From Fistulifera solaris (Eukaryota): DNA of 64,000 nt. The notes below the pieces were generated by a model that was not told where the DNA came from, ran no database searches, and saw only the letters and a program-made list of their open reading frames with translations. The DNA lies in contig AP026149.1 in the NCBI GenBank assembly GCA_030295235.1, positions 558,001 through 622,000 on the forward strand, given 5' to 3'. Position numbers and translations under genes: made by a program. This document shows positions 12,987-25,860 of the stretch, piece after piece. Every line of letters begins with the position of its first letter. Positions within the stretch are counted from its first letter, which is position 1.

Positions 12987-14507
12987 GATAGACGAAGGAT
13001 AAGAGGAGAGTCTTTGTCAAATTTAACAATACACATTATCCATTGTTGTCGTAAGGTCTTCTACAAAACGTCTAACACCAAACACATGTGTCGCAATGAG
13101 TTGACAAGGCGGCGGAAAATTTGATCAGCCTCTAATCATGTTGAAATTTCGGCTATCGGGGGAGGGGCTCCATACACCCCTGACGAAAGACTATTCGAAC
13201 AACACGAAACTTGCTCCAATCACTTGCTTACAGAATTATTGGTTGGCGAACATCCCACAAGATTCTCCATTTCGTATTCCTCAGCAACAGTCATCGCCCA
13301 TAATTTTAAATACCCAAATAAATTGTTCAAAACACGTCCGAAATTCCAATTACAAATACAATCCCTTCCCTATGAGATAGCCGATCATTCCGAACCATTC
13401 CGACATCCACTGACGTGTTAACTCGTGACTGAATCTTTCAGTCCGACACTTAACCTCGACCTCGCTCTTTGACATAATCATACCTGGTACAACCGCGACT
13501 ATGACTTGGAGACATTCCAATGACGATCGAAATGTACCGGTAGTCGCACGTCCTTAGCTTGTCTTTGGCTTGTCCATGTCTAACTGTCTATCTAGAGGAG
13601 CGTAGGTTGTGAAGATTGGAGCTAGAGAATCGAGAAAGACTTACCTGGTGCTTCATGAATGTAAATGGCAAACCATGTAGCACCGCTATCCTACCATTTA
13701 TCCGTTATTTGTTTTCGTGTAATTCCTGATGTTTCTCTACGAAGTGGCTCTTTGAAGCGTTCAAGTTCTTTACATTAAAAATATAGAATATTGAGTACTA
13801 AAGCACAGTAATGCGGAATTTCAATCTACTTTTACATTAGTCTATCATTGGATTTTCTGTTGGGTAAAGAATAGTAGTCAAAGTCGAAAAATGGTCATTG
13901 TGCTCTCCAGCCTTTAGGCTTACCTTATATGTCATATTCGTTATTGGCCGCAACTGTAGTAAGTAGGATTTGCTTACTCCGCAAGATTGCCTAGACCTTG
14001 GCCCTAATCAATAATTCATCTGGAGACTGTCAAGTAATAGTAATTTGTGTTGTGGTTTATCCCTTCGGAATATCAAATTGTGACGACACTAACTTAATCG
14101 TGTACATTTTCTTTTTATCAAGGAAAATGACATTGAAGAGGAATGCGGAGACGAGCAGCGAGCAGCGAGTGGCTCGAGCTCAGGAAGTTACAGGAAAAGT
14201 GTACATTCACTTAGGCCTTTGTAGAGAAATGTACCAAGCAGAGCGGCGATCCCGTGTCTCCCAGGGGACTTTATGGGCAAAAGATTAGTAGTCAATGACC
14301 TTGATTAGTAGTCAATGTAATCAATGACCGGTGACTGAGTACGTTTCGAAACGTCCCATCTATCATCTTGCCACGCGATGTCCTTTGTTTGGCTCTCCTT
14401 CGTGCCTTGTTGTGCCTCACAACACAAAAGTGTTGATGATGTGTATTGATCGAAATTCCATTACAATCCCTCTTTCCTTTTAGCGCAAAAGTCTAAGCGA
14501 AGTAGCT

Positions 14508-15955
14508 ATGCAAAGTCAGCATGCCGCCAGTATTTCGTGGGAGACCATGATGAGAAGAAGAAGCAGTTTTTCAGGCCAAGGAAGGAGATTAAGCCTTCTT
14601 CCAGTAGCTCTGATCAAAGATGAGTTCTTCGGCTTAGACGACCTTATTCTCAACGAAAACATGAATAGTTTAATGGAATCGTTGCACCCTGCCTCCAACG
14701 AACAGTCATCTATGGCTCTGGAGCATGCGTAAGCTCGACAACAAAAGCCTCCTTGGGGGCATTGTTGGTAACTCAAATTTGTGGGGAGGCTTCCAGAATG
14801 GTGACCTTCTAATAAACAACACTAGTAGCTTTAGCAGTGGTCTTATTGACGGGCTACAGAGTGACGGATCTTTGCTGGCGAACAGCAGATATGGAAACAG
14901 CGCGGAAAATACTCTGTTGAACAACATGGTGTCAATGCAGACTAATGTCTTTTTTGGAAAGTGCGCGAAACGGAGTCTCAGGGTCATCGAGGAGTAGCTT
15001 CGTAGGAAGCATGCGCAACAACATTTTTGGAAGCATGCGAGACAGTTTGGCCTTAGGGAGCATCACCCCTCTCACTAACCGAGCCACGTTGATTGAAGGT
15101 GTCGATGTGGATGCCAACCATGGTGCCTACTTACTCTCTGATTTTGGGAGTCTATTCAAACCAAATGCTGGTGACAGCAAGAATGAGGCTGATTACAAAG
15201 ACAGTACTTTTACCAAGCACATGTTACCACAGAATGTCCATTCGGCTCAGCACGCCAACAGAATATCTTCGCTCGTTTCGGATCGAAAGTTACCATCTGA
15301 ACCATTGCGAACAGTGACTTCTGGAAGCACACAGCAAAATCTCACCAGCCGAGTTGACAGGTCAATCAAGCACACTGAAGAAGAAGATGATGATGATGAC
15401 GACGATGACGAAGATGGGGATGGATCAAATCGTTTCAAACCTTTCCATGAAGAGAAATGGACTCTGAGATACAAGGAACTCCTCGCATTTCACGCACAGT
15501 ATGGCCATGCTGCAGTTCCACATACTTATCCGCCAAACCCTCAACTTGCCCGTTGGGTGAAGCGTCAACGAAGACAGTACAAGCTGCGTGAAGACGGAAA
15601 ATCGACTACTATGACCGCAGAACGGCTAGAAATGTTGTCGTCAGTTGGTTTTATATGGGATTCTCATGATGTCAATTGGAGAGAAAAATTATACTCCTTA
15701 ACAGTTTTTCGGCAAGAAGCTGGTAACTGCAACGTCCCATCCAACTTCAAGGACAAGAAACTTGCCACATGGGTCAAATGTCAACGGCGTCAGTACAAAC
15801 TATACTGCGATGGAAAGCCCTCTGCGATGAATCCTGACCGAATCAAGGTACTTGAATCAGTTGGGTTTGAATGGGAAATTCGATCGAACAATTCTCGTCG
15901 TCAGTTGCCGAGTGGCGCGGCAAACGGCGAAGACATGTCTCCATTTGAAGTATAA
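14508..15955 (+). CDS. Tandem helicase-associated (HA) domain protein, diatom transcription-factor-like; frameshifts near 14720 and 14950
   Basis: Two repeats KWTLRYKELLAF...GHAAVP...LARWVKRQRRQY and NWREK...GNCNVP...LATWVKCQRRQY...VGFEW. Low-complexity N-terminus spread over three overlapping frames. Confidence 0.8.
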
Positions 15956-16244
15956 TTGGCATGCGGTAAAGGAGCATGTCACGTACGTGAGCCTTTCGCT
16001 AGAAAACGAGCGCCGATTCTGTACAAGGTGCTTTCACATTTTGACCTACTGCTGCTTGCGCTCATTTGAAGCTAATCAGTAACCAAGCGTTAAAGCGTTT
16101 TGACGTGTCATTTTCTCGTGGAGTTTCAGAGAGAATGATTCCTATAAACTTAACTCTGTTTCCTTGTTAGAAACTAAATATCTTAAAGATTTCAAAGCTA
16201 CAAATTGGCGATTCACGTGTTTTTTCCTTCGGCTTCATTCTAAA

Positions 16245-17204
16245 TCAACCGGACGCGGCTGCCGTAGAAGCAGAAGAAATAAGTTCTTGAATGTTTTGTC
16301 GCTGATTCTGCAGTCGTCGTTCGAGATACTCCTTTTTTTGCCCCAAATCCGTCTGCAGCTTGCTTCCTGACTCCGCCTGTTCTTTGAGGTACTCAATTGC
16401 CCCTTCCTTTGAAAGCCATTTCATTACAAACGCCTTTCCGACCGCTTTGTAGCAGTGTCGGTCTGCGGGTAGTTCTAATAATTCACTTTCTGTAACCTCC
16501 GAAATACGAACTTGTCGTTGCGCTGAAATGATTTGTTGCTCAACTGATTGAAGTTCTTGTGCCGTTCGAAGTTGCTGCTCCCGCAAATCGGCCAGTTCTT
16601 TTTGTGTTGCTTCGTCCAGTGTGACCGCCGACGTCACTGGAATTGATGTCATATTATTTGCATTCGATTTCGCCGCTTTCTGCTTCATCTTTTGTTGAAC
16701 AATCTGTAGCAGTTTCTTTAGTGGAGCGACATCACTAGCGCCATCACTTTGCGCAAGACCGTGCTGCAGGGTTTGAATTGCTGTTTCGAATTCCTCTAAT
16801 TCATTTTGCGCCATTGCCAAACGGTAATATCCTTTCAAGAATGCAGGGTTGAGTCTCAGGCATTCTTTTGCATCCTTACTGGCATCTTCCCAGTTTTCTA
16901 GGCCAGCATGTGTGGCACTGGATAGAATACACACATTTTCAGAGCAAGGTAAAAAGAGGTACGAGCAGCGACTATATGATTAAGGTGCTTACCTACGGTT
17001 GGAAAAGAGTACGTGGTTGCTGGGATCCATCTTTATCGCCTGAGAATAAAGCTCCAGAGCTTTAGCGTAATCTTTGGCGCTGAATGCGGCATTTCCTAAT
17101 CTAAAGAGCAAGACGTAAATAAGGGAAGACGATTGCAATGGTGCTTGCCTCGTCATGACATCAAGACGACGCACTTACTCTTTTAGCTGTGCTGCGGTGC
17201 TCAT
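16245..17204 (-). CDS. TPR domain (STI1-like) fused to a prefoldin beta (subunit 1-like) domain; 2 introns
   Basis: [20 protein letters not shown]...[12 protein letters not shown]...KGYYR forms three TPRs. C-terminal coiled coil with [10 protein letters not shown] hairpin and KEYLERRL. Introns at about 17178-17101 and 16992-16918. Confidence 0.8.
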
Positions 17205-17843
17205 TTACGGTATGTTTGTCTCTGAGGAGCTATTTACAAACGAAAAGAGAGGTCTCTGTCATGCAAACGAGTGATATTCGCTGGTTGGTTGCCGATTGCT
17301 TTTGGGTTTTTGTGCTGCAAGTCAAACCTCGAGGAGCGGGGCAGATGATTTGTCTGTCCCCCGTCAGTTCTCGGGTTATTTTGAAGCGAACTGCAATCCC
17401 CAAGTGTAGGCCGTATTTCGACATGACTCGAATTCAATCATGAGTAAGGAACGACCAAATAATTATTTCTGTAAATATAATCAGGATGTTGACTCGAATC
17501 AGCGTTCGTTAAACTTTGGATACAGTGCAAGATTTGTTACAAATCGACAAGTTTCATCAGAGAGATAAGTAAGGTCACTATTGAATCACTTGGAATTGAA
17601 AATATTCCCTCGTGATTGCCACGTTTAGATCCATCACTTATGAATCACTAATGAATTACCAGGTACATTGTGGATCGCCTCAACTGTATATCAAACATAT
17701 TTTTTCAGGAGCCTACGAAGGTTCTCCTCATCTGCAATGTCCTCGAAAGGTCAAGTTTTGACGATGTCCCTACCTCTCTCATTTGACCCGTCAAGGAAAA
17801 ACCTTTCCAGAAAACTCACATGTTGCTGACACAATCCATTCAC

Positions 17844-19088
17844 TCAATCAAAGTCTAAATGACGTAGAGGGTCTCTTCTCCAACACAACCGAGTTATCTC
17901 ATTGACTTCTGCGTCGGGATTGTTTCTGATGACATTTGATCTCAACTCTTCTTTCAATCGCTCGACTTGTTCATCGGTCATACTTATACTTAAAGCGGCA
18001 GCATTTTCGAGCATACGGCTTTTGGATGTCGTTTTCGGTATTTGTACGCAGTTGCGCTGAAGGCCCCACCGTAGTAAGGTCTGTGCCGGAGTCGCCTTGA
18101 GCTGCGACGCTAACTCAGTCACCAAGGAAGCATCCAAAAGTGAGCATTTCTGCTTCTTCGTAGCCTTCTCTCCTAAAAGTTGTGCAAATAATTGTTTCCC
18201 TGTGTCTTGACCCCCCAGACTAGCGTACGCTTGAACAATAACGCCTTCTTGACGACAATACTCGAGTAACTCGTCCTGAGGATGAAGCGGATGTACTTCC
18301 ACTTGATTGACTGCCGGTGGCCAAATCTTTGCAGATTCTTTTAGTTTCCGGAGTTGTTTAATTGACATATTACTGACACCTATCGAGCGACAAAGACCTT
18401 GCCGGTATGCATCTTCCATAGCTCTCCACGTTTCGGCTCGAAGATCAGCCATATCTTCAGGCGCAGTCGTGGCGTAGAAAAAAGGATCTTTCTCTACATC
18501 TTCCTTTTTTTTGTTCATGGTATTGTAGGCTGGTCCAGGCCAATGCATTAACCACAAGTCCACGTACTCCATATCGAGTCTCTTGAGTGATAATTTCAAA
18601 CATTGCAGACTGGCATCGTAACCATGATATTTACGCCAGTGCTTTGTAGTCACGAAGATTTCCTCACGTGAATGTATGACCTTCTCATCAATTGCTTTTC
18701 GAACAGCTTGTCCCACTAACACTTCTGTCTTTTCGCCTCCATAAATAAATGCCGTGTCAATAGAACGGTATCCACATCGAATGGCTTCCAATGTAGCATC
18801 AAGAGCCTGCTTTTCACCCAATCGATAAGTTCCATAGCCGATCCAGGGTAAAATGACGGCCGAATTCTTTTCCTTAGCGGGGGTAATCAGACGCACTCCG
18901 TCTACCAGAGATTGAGCATCCGCGGAGGATGTTTCGCGGAAGTGCATCGAATAATCATTTTTATTCTCATGGGGAATCATCGCCGCAGACCGTCTGGGGG
19001 CTGCCTTGTTCCCGAATGTCATTCTACGATGACTGTGTTGACGAAAGAGGAGCAACGTCGACAGGAAGGAATAGGAAACCAATTTCAT
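17844..19088 (-). CDS. Aldo/keto reductase
   Basis: GYGTY, GYRSIDTAFIYG, LDMEYVDLWLMHWP, SIGVSN, NQVEVHP, IPKT motifs. Confidence 0.92.
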   Translation of the reverse strand: MKLVSYSFLSTLLLFRQHSHRRMTFGNKAAPRRSAAMIPHENKNDYSMHFRETSSADAQSLVDGVRLITPAKEKNSAVILPWIGYGTYRLGEKQALDATLEAIRCGYRSIDTAFIYGGEKTEVLVGQAVRKAIDEKVIHSREEIFVTTKHWRKYHGYDASLQCLKLSLKRLDMEYVDLWLMHWPGPAYNTMNKKKEDVEKDPFFYATTAPEDMADLRAETWRAMEDAYRQGLCRSIGVSNMSIKQLRKLKESAKIWPPAVNQVEVHPLHPQDELLEYCRQEGVIVQAYASLGGQDTGKQLFAQLLGEKATKKQKCSLLDASLVTELASQLKATPAQTLLRWGLQRNCVQIPKTTSKSRMLENAAALSISMTDEQVERLKEELRSNVIRNNPDAEVNEITRLCWRRDPLRHLDFD

Positions 19089-19409
19089 TCTTTGTCGTTC
19101 ACTGAAAAAATAAAAACAACGCGGAGGAATTGGCGGGACTGCATTTTGTGTTTAGTCACAGTGTGTCACCTCGACATTCTACGCTGTACCTGGTAGTGCA
19201 CGTTTGGGGGCACACTGAAAAGATATTATAATGCAGTAAGGCATCTGCAGCAAATTCTCACTTAGGTACGACAAAAATAAAGCACCCTTGTCATCATAAT
19301 ACTCGCCTCATGACCTAGCTAGCAAAAATCGTTCGAAAATAGTGCCAAGGGAGGTTTATTTGAATTTTAATGAGTGTAGTCGACAAGCCGGGAATGGATT
19401 AACTTCTAT

Positions 19410-22037
19410 TCACCCTTGGATTCCCCTTAACACACGTTCCAATGTTCCAACTACAATCACTTCCTGATCTTTGTTTTCTCCTTGATCCGACGGAAGTTCT
19501 GCTTTTCGCAGAACTTTGAATTTCGAAGTTAGCCATTTCTCAGTTAACCTCTCATCAGCCAGCCCGTAATAGACCCCATTTCGTAAGCAGAACCAAAGAA
19601 ACTGTCTCCAAATAATGTCATCCCGCATAACTTCAGGATTCCCAATCACAATCAAGAGATTTTCGGCTCGTGTAAGCGCAACGTTAGAGCGTTTGGCCTG
19701 GCCGAAAAGTCCCTCCCTCACATCGTGACTCACAAACGCAGGCGTCGAACGAGTCAAGCTTAAAACAATGACACTTCGTTCCACAGCTTGGAAATCTTCG
19801 ATGGTTCCCACATTGACAGCACTCAAACCAACGCCACGCAACAGACGACGAATCGCGACAACCTGACCTCGAAAGGGTGCCATTACTCCGATAGACTCAG
19901 TCGGTACGTTCTTTTGCTTGACTAGGGCAACAACAATCTTTGCAACTGCTTCAACTTCGACTGTATTAGTCCAACTATTGCTTGGATATCCAGATTTGAT
20001 AGTCACTGTTTGATCGATCCCTTTGACACCCAAGAAATGCACGGGCCAGCCCGAAGCCTTGAACGGTTGTACTTCGCAAGGAACATCGTGGCGATACGGA
20101 AGGTCTACTGGAATAGAAAACGACTCAATGGACTGTAAGACGTCATCCCAATAAGCAAGCTCTTCCATGTCCTGATGTTTTGCCTGCTGAAGCTGATCTT
20201 CATAAAACATAGCGCTGGGAAGACACAACAGAGCTTCATGACCACGGTAGTTCTGGAAACAAGAAAGTAGTGCCTTGTCGATCATAGTGCATTGAATCCA
20301 CCAGGTAATCTTCTACTTGAAGTCTTTCTGGTAACACACGTCCTCGGAGTAATCGTTCCATCCATGATGTGACCAAGCCAGCCGAGTCAAAATGCACAAT
20401 TGGTGACAACTGCTTCGGATCCCCGACCAATGCAATTTCGGTACGCGCATGCCCAGGATCGATTACAACAGACAAGGGAATCAGCACCTCCGGTTCAGTA
20501 GCTTGTGCAGATTCATCTAGAAAGAAATGAGTGAAGTGCGGCTCAATACTCGAGATATACACTTGCATACCGGAAGAGCGGGAAACGTCTCGTACATATT
20601 CGGCAAAAGTGTGGCGCCGTATTCGCAACTGCTGATTCGTAAGACCGGCTTGGTAAAGCAAAGAGGCATCGTATGTCGTACACACAATCACTTCAAAGTC
20701 CAGCAGCGTATCGGGAAGTTCAAAGAGCGCTGTTTTGGGTGACTGGTAGCAAAATGGTAGCACCGCCGTCGGAATCGTTGTCACAGGTCGATCTCGACTC
20801 AGAAGCCGAAATAGCTGTGTATCGTCCATAAATTCACCTAGTCGACGCGTGACAACATCGGCCGCTGTATGGGAGGGCGTGCATAGCAGTATTCGATAGC
20901 AGGGCTTGCCTTGGAGGCGATTGCATGCCCACAAGAACTGCACCGCTGTTAAAAGAGTGCCCGTCTTTCCTGTTCCTGCTGGGCCGGTCAGAATCAGTGG
21001 GGAAAGTAATTGTTTTGTCGAGTCAGATCGCGAGTCTTGAGTACGATTCATAATAGCGTTGACGAAAGATCGCTGGTCTTTGTTTAACCGAAAGTAAGCT
21101 CGAACGACTTTCGACGATGCACTAGCTGCCTCGCTAGACAATTTATCCTCCAGTGCCCTTTTAAGATGATCCGGAGCTTCCATTCCTCCCGGTGAAGCCG
21201 GAACATTTGATCGTTCGCCCAGTAATAAGCGCTCGAGTTCATCCCCTTTTGTACTAGATGTAGCAACCCATGCCAAGGCCGATAACATTTGCTTCATAGG
21301 CTCCACCGAAGGAATGAAACGAACGTTAAAAGCTCCCTTATATAATGAAGATAGATTTTCAGCTTGGAAATCAGGTAACCAACTCAAGATGACACGGCCT
21401 CCTTGCGAACGCTGCACATCATGGACACGACAGTGGATTTCCACATGACTCGGCAAAGGCGCCACCACGTTGTAGTAGGATCTCGTCTCTGCTGTAACAA
21501 TGGGGCGACTCAAAACAGTCAAAGGACGAATCAGCGCAATATCGCCGACTAAGATGGGAGGAGCTGCATCCGCTATGCCAGTCACAGTAAGAATCGCCAT
21601 GGGGCGATCGGCACTCCCTGTTGTGCAACAATGTTGACACCATATTGGGAACATTTTTCGGCCAACAGAAGTCTTTCACGCCGTTCTTGAATAAGTACCC
21701 TCTCCCAGTATTCACAGTATTGTTTCAAATCGGCCCATTCGGTCGATAGAGGAACCTTTCTAAATTCTTCCTTGTGTCGTAGTTTGTGTTGATTGTACTG
21801 GACGCTCCAGTACAACTCGGGGAAAATGTCCGATCGAAAAGGAAATATTTTTCTGTTTTCTGGTGTTTCAGGGCCGATCATCTTCGGCATGTGCGGGCAG
21901 TAGTCGTACGTCGGAACGACCTGCGTAATCGTCCATTCATTGACGCGACGCAAGTGATGAGGAACGAAAACATCGGCCAGAACAGCTGCTTTATTCAATG
22001 CAGCTTTCGCCGTCGCCACGGTGTCGTTGTCTGCCAT
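19410..22037 (-). CDS. SF1 UPF1-like RNA helicase, MOV10/SDE3/Armitage-like (frameshifts near 21617 and 20258)
   Basis: Walker A GPAGTGKT, CTPSHTAAD, DESAQATEPE, GDPKQLSP, QNYRGH, GTIEDFQAVER, NVALTRAENL, WRQFLWFC. Three overlapping ORFs join with 1-nt corrections. Confidence 0.85.
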
Positions 22038-22518
22038 TCCCGATGCACAATGAGATTTTCTCACTTCTTACGAAGAATTTGTCCAAGTTTCTTAATCAAG
22101 ACATCATTTGAGCTTAGATCCGGTTATTATTGAAATGATTTTTGCGTGAAATTTTTGTGAACCAGCGAAAACGCTTCGAAAGGGAATCATTAGTATCCGT
22201 GACTCAAGTTAATGCTAAAAGCTGTGAACTTACTTGCCAGAGGACGGTGCCAAAAGGTATGAAAAAACTTAACAAATTATGCAAAGCAATGATGCAAAGA
22301 TAAGACGGCTTACTTTTATCGCATTACATTTTTTTACTAATGGTTACGACCAGGTAAACACAACACTTCAAACTGTCTCCAGAATCTTGGCAATAGCTTT
22401 ACATTATCGCAAGTTTGAAAGATGAAAACAATTCTAACTAGCTCTACGAAATGCTTGACCTATAAGTTGTTGATTTTTATGAAAAATAAATAACGAACAT
22501 GCTATTTCTTTAGCTCGA

Positions 22519-23553
22519 TTAGACCGTCGCAACTTCCACACTATCATCCGGGCGCATCTTTTTCGCGGCCCTTTCTTCGCCGCCTTCTTCGTCCCGAGGT
22601 CGCTTTTTCTTTTCGATGCTTGATTCCGTTCCTTTTTCGGCATTCTCTTTTCGTTGTTCCGCTCGTACTCGGGCAGTTAATGTAAAACAATGTCGACTGG
22701 CTACTTCATCTTCCTCCATGAATCGACACCGATCATCCTCTTCTTTCGCTGCATAGACATCTCTTTCAGCTTTCGATAACTTTTCCCATGCTCGCATGAG
22801 CCTGTCGTTGAGATTCGTGAAGATCAAAAACGGGTCAATGTTGGTGACATCGGCGCTTTTCTTTTGAGACTTTCGATAACTTCCTTCTCGGCCGCTTCTT
22901 TTAACTTGTCTCGCATGTCAGCCACAAAAAGTGAAATTCGGATTGAATGGGCTTTACTTCCGAAAGGCGGAGTTCGGCAGCTTCCGCGTTCCGAAGTCGC
23001 TCCGCCTCCAAGTCGTCCATTTTTTCGTTCCAAACTCTTCCGGTTTCGGCAATTTCTCCCCTTCATCTCCCACGCTTTCTTCTTTAACCGAACGGGCCGG
23101 TGAATACGGCAGTTTCCCCGCTGCTCTTCCCCCGCGAGTGGATCGCGATGATGCCGGAGGTTGCGGCGGATAGCGGCCCTCCATGGACGGTCCATAACCG
23201 CTTCCGTACCACGGTCCACGATGATTCGGATAAGGAGGATAGCCGTTGCCGGCATACGGAGGAGGATACGACTGTCCGTACGGGTAGCCGCCAGGTGGAG
23301 GAAAACCATAATTAGGTGGAGGAGGGCCTTTGTTCGGATCACTCGGCGGAGAAGACGATGCGTTGTAAGAAGGATAGCCCGGAGGAGGAGGATAAGGAGC
23401 ATAACCCGGCCCCATCATCATTTGCGCCGGATGTCGTTCCGGAGGACTGCGTCCGCTCCCCATGGCACTGGAAGGGGCGCCTCCATCAACTGGTGGTGGC
23501 GGAGGGCCTGCTGCACTTGCCGCTGCGGCGCTGTTTGGATTTATTGATGGCAT
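22519..23553 (-). CDS. Pro/Tyr-rich protein with a C-terminal HMG-box-like domain (three homopolymer frameshifts)
   Basis: Repaired reading ...EVKPIQSEFHFFVADMRDKLK...NLNDRLMRAWEKLSKAERDVYAAKEEDDRCRF has the HMG helix pattern. Shifts at about 23022, 22928 and 22863. Confidence 0.7.
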
Positions 23554-24078
23554 TGAAGTTTTACTGAATTGACTACAATAATTCGGGCAAACCGGCCGAT
23601 GGGAAAGGCTCGTAGAGAATTGCACCTATTCTTTCTGTGAAATGTTATCGCCTCGCGGCCCGAAAGTCCGTTCGATCGTCTGTTGCAACTCTTCGACAAG
23701 CAGGAGATTGTTTTCAACGGACCGTGCTGACAAAGCAACGAAGTAGGAAATCGGTAAGTGGAGGTCGTTGAATTTCGGGTTCAACGTTTACTACTTAAGT
23801 TGGATGTCTATTTTTATTATAAGCGTTTGAGCCAATTCGGTATTGATTTGTACAATCCTCCAGTAGAAAGAAAATGAGACTCATGACTGAATCGCAGTCG
23901 TGTTAAAAGGTCGCCTGAGCTTCGCGTTACAGAATCAATGATCGTTAGGCGTCAAATAATGCTAGTGCTCGTCAATGAATTATACGTATAGAACGAATAA
24001 AAAGTAGTTTCTATGGAGCTACGACCTTATGTTAAATCATCTATATACATTCCAAAACATCACAAAGGCTAAACTGCT

Positions 24079-25860
24079 TCATCCAAAAATTCGTCGTTTC
24101 AACTCAGTAGTCAGCTTTCCTAATTCACGCGAGGCCCCGCCAGCAATCGCACTATTCTCGTTAGCACGCCGAATCAAATAGGGCATTGCAAGTTTGACTT
24201 CGCCGTAGGGAACATATTTGAAAGCACGATATTCCAATTTGCCCAGAGCATAGGTAACATGATCCATCATTCCGTACAATTGCGCAAAGCATATGACTGG
24301 ATCTCGTCGGTCAATGCCCAGTTCATTCATAACAGAGACAGCACGCTGGATACTTTCTTGATTGTGCGACGCCAGCATAAACTCTAAATTGGTCTTTCTC
24401 CCTTCCTTGACAGACTGTTCCAACAAATACCGAACACTGTTATCATAGCTAATATGAGTATCTTCAATGGTGTCATGAATCGGTGAAGGATAACCCAGCT
24501 TCAGCGCCAGTTCCCGTTCACTTTCCATGTAAGCCCCACGAACCAACTTAGCACCAAAGTGGTATCCCATACGCTCCGAGCGCTCCAAGTCCATCGCGAG
24601 TCGTTTCTCAGAATCTTTGAGGTAGCATTGATAGGTATTGTAGATTATTGGAAAGTCCGTTTTACTGGGATCGTTGAATTCCCGTTCCAAATCCAGCACA
24701 AACGAGTCAATGGCCGGCTGATACAAGTTCTGCTCGGCATCGACCAACAAGCGAACATTGTGTTCCGCCGCCTCTTTCGCCACTGAGTGAATCCGTTCTC
24801 TCAATCGCGCCATGAGAACCAACTCTTCCTCGGAAGGTGTCGCAATGGCCAGGGGACCGATCGAGCGACAACCACGAGTGACTTGTGGTAAATCTTCGGG
24901 ACGGAGTAGCTTACTCCATGTCACATAATCGACCATACCATCCGACACTTCCAAGTCAATTTGTTCCGCAATATTCCTCATATATGTGTCAACAGTTGGA
25001 TCAAAGAAGAGATCGACGCCCATTTGAAACTCTTCTTTTGTCACGAATCCATTTTGATCCGTATCAAACTTGAGAAACAAATTTTGCAACTCCACCACCG
25101 CTCGTGACATGCGCGCCAACAATTTAGGATCCACCAACGCCGATACTTTAATGGCCGCGTAAGCCCCTTCTTGCAATTTCGAAGCATCCCGAATACAACT
25201 AACAAATGTTTGCGTGTGTTTATCACATTCGGCCTCGTCCACGTAGACATAAGTGCGTACTTTGGGATGATTCTCGACGAGCACCGTCTCGGCGAGCTCT
25301 TCCAACTTACTTTTCGCCTTGGTTTGTTTCCCGTGAACACTATCCGCTTGTCCGTCGTCTTCGGCGGCGTAATCTAGAATGGACCCAATGTTCGCCGCCT
25401 CTTGCATGTTCTTGGCGACTTGTTTGACTTGTTGAATGTTTTCTCCCGCACAAAAGTGCCCAAACAAGGTTGCCTTCAAGAGCGAATCCGTGATGCGATC
25501 ACCGCAGACTTTGCGGGTTATGCGCAACAGCGATTCCGCACGATGCACCAGAGGTGTAATTTGACACAAACCAAACGCAAGTCCGGCTCGGAAGAGTTCT
25601 TTCGTCGATTTGGTGTCGAAGGCAATGCGGGGATCCTCAAAGTTGGGGACGGGATTTTTGGTAGTATGGGTCGTATTGTGAGCGTCATTCAAGTCGAATG
25701 AGACGGCGCTGGTAGCGCCTCGGCGTGTATCTTTCGTCGCGAGACTGGAAAATACTTTAGTTCGAGTCGTCAAACTGTTAACATAAATATGCTTCGAGCT
25801 ACAAGGAGAAAGTCGACCCACTCGAACGAAAGATCCCTTGAGAAAGTAAAAGCGATGCAT
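24079..25860 (-). CDS. PRODH: Proline dehydrogenase (mitochondrial-type, with EF-hand-like insert)
   Basis: HFCAGE, ILDYAAE, LLVDAEQ, YNTYQCYLKD, GAKLVRGAYM, ASHN, AQLYGM, KYVPYG, YLIRRANEN. DTDQNGFVTKEE resembles an EF-hand. Confidence 0.93.
   Translation of the reverse strand: MHRFYFLKGSFVRVGRLSPCSSKHIYVNSLTTRTKVFSSLATKDTRRGATSAVSFDLNDAHNTTHTTKNPVPNFEDPRIAFDTKSTKELFRAGLAFGLCQITPLVHRAESLLRITRKVCGDRITDSLLKATLFGHFCAGENIQQVKQVAKNMQEAANIGSILDYAAEDDGQADSVHGKQTKAKSKLEELAETVLVENHPKVRTYVYVDEAECDKHTQTFVSCIRDASKLQEGAYAAIKVSALVDPKLLARMSRAVVELQNLFLKFDTDQNGFVTKEEFQMGVDLFFDPTVDTYMRNIAEQIDLEVSDGMVDYVTWSKLLRPEDLPQVTRGCRSIGPLAIATPSEEELVLMARLRERIHSVAKEAAEHNVRLLVDAEQNLYQPAIDSFVLDLEREFNDPSKTDFPIIYNTYQCYLKDSEKRLAMDLERSERMGYHFGAKLVRGAYMESERELALKLGYPSPIHDTIEDTHISYDNSVRYLLEQSVKEGRKTNLEFMLASHNQESIQRAVSVMNELGIDRRDPVICFAQLYGMMDHVTYALGKLEYRAFKYVPYGEVKLAMPYLIRRANENSAIAGGASRELGKLTTELKRRIFG

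Noticed and set aside
13639..13648. ACTTACCTGG, matching the U1 snRNA 5' end
   Set aside because: No U1 stem-loops or Sm site follow.
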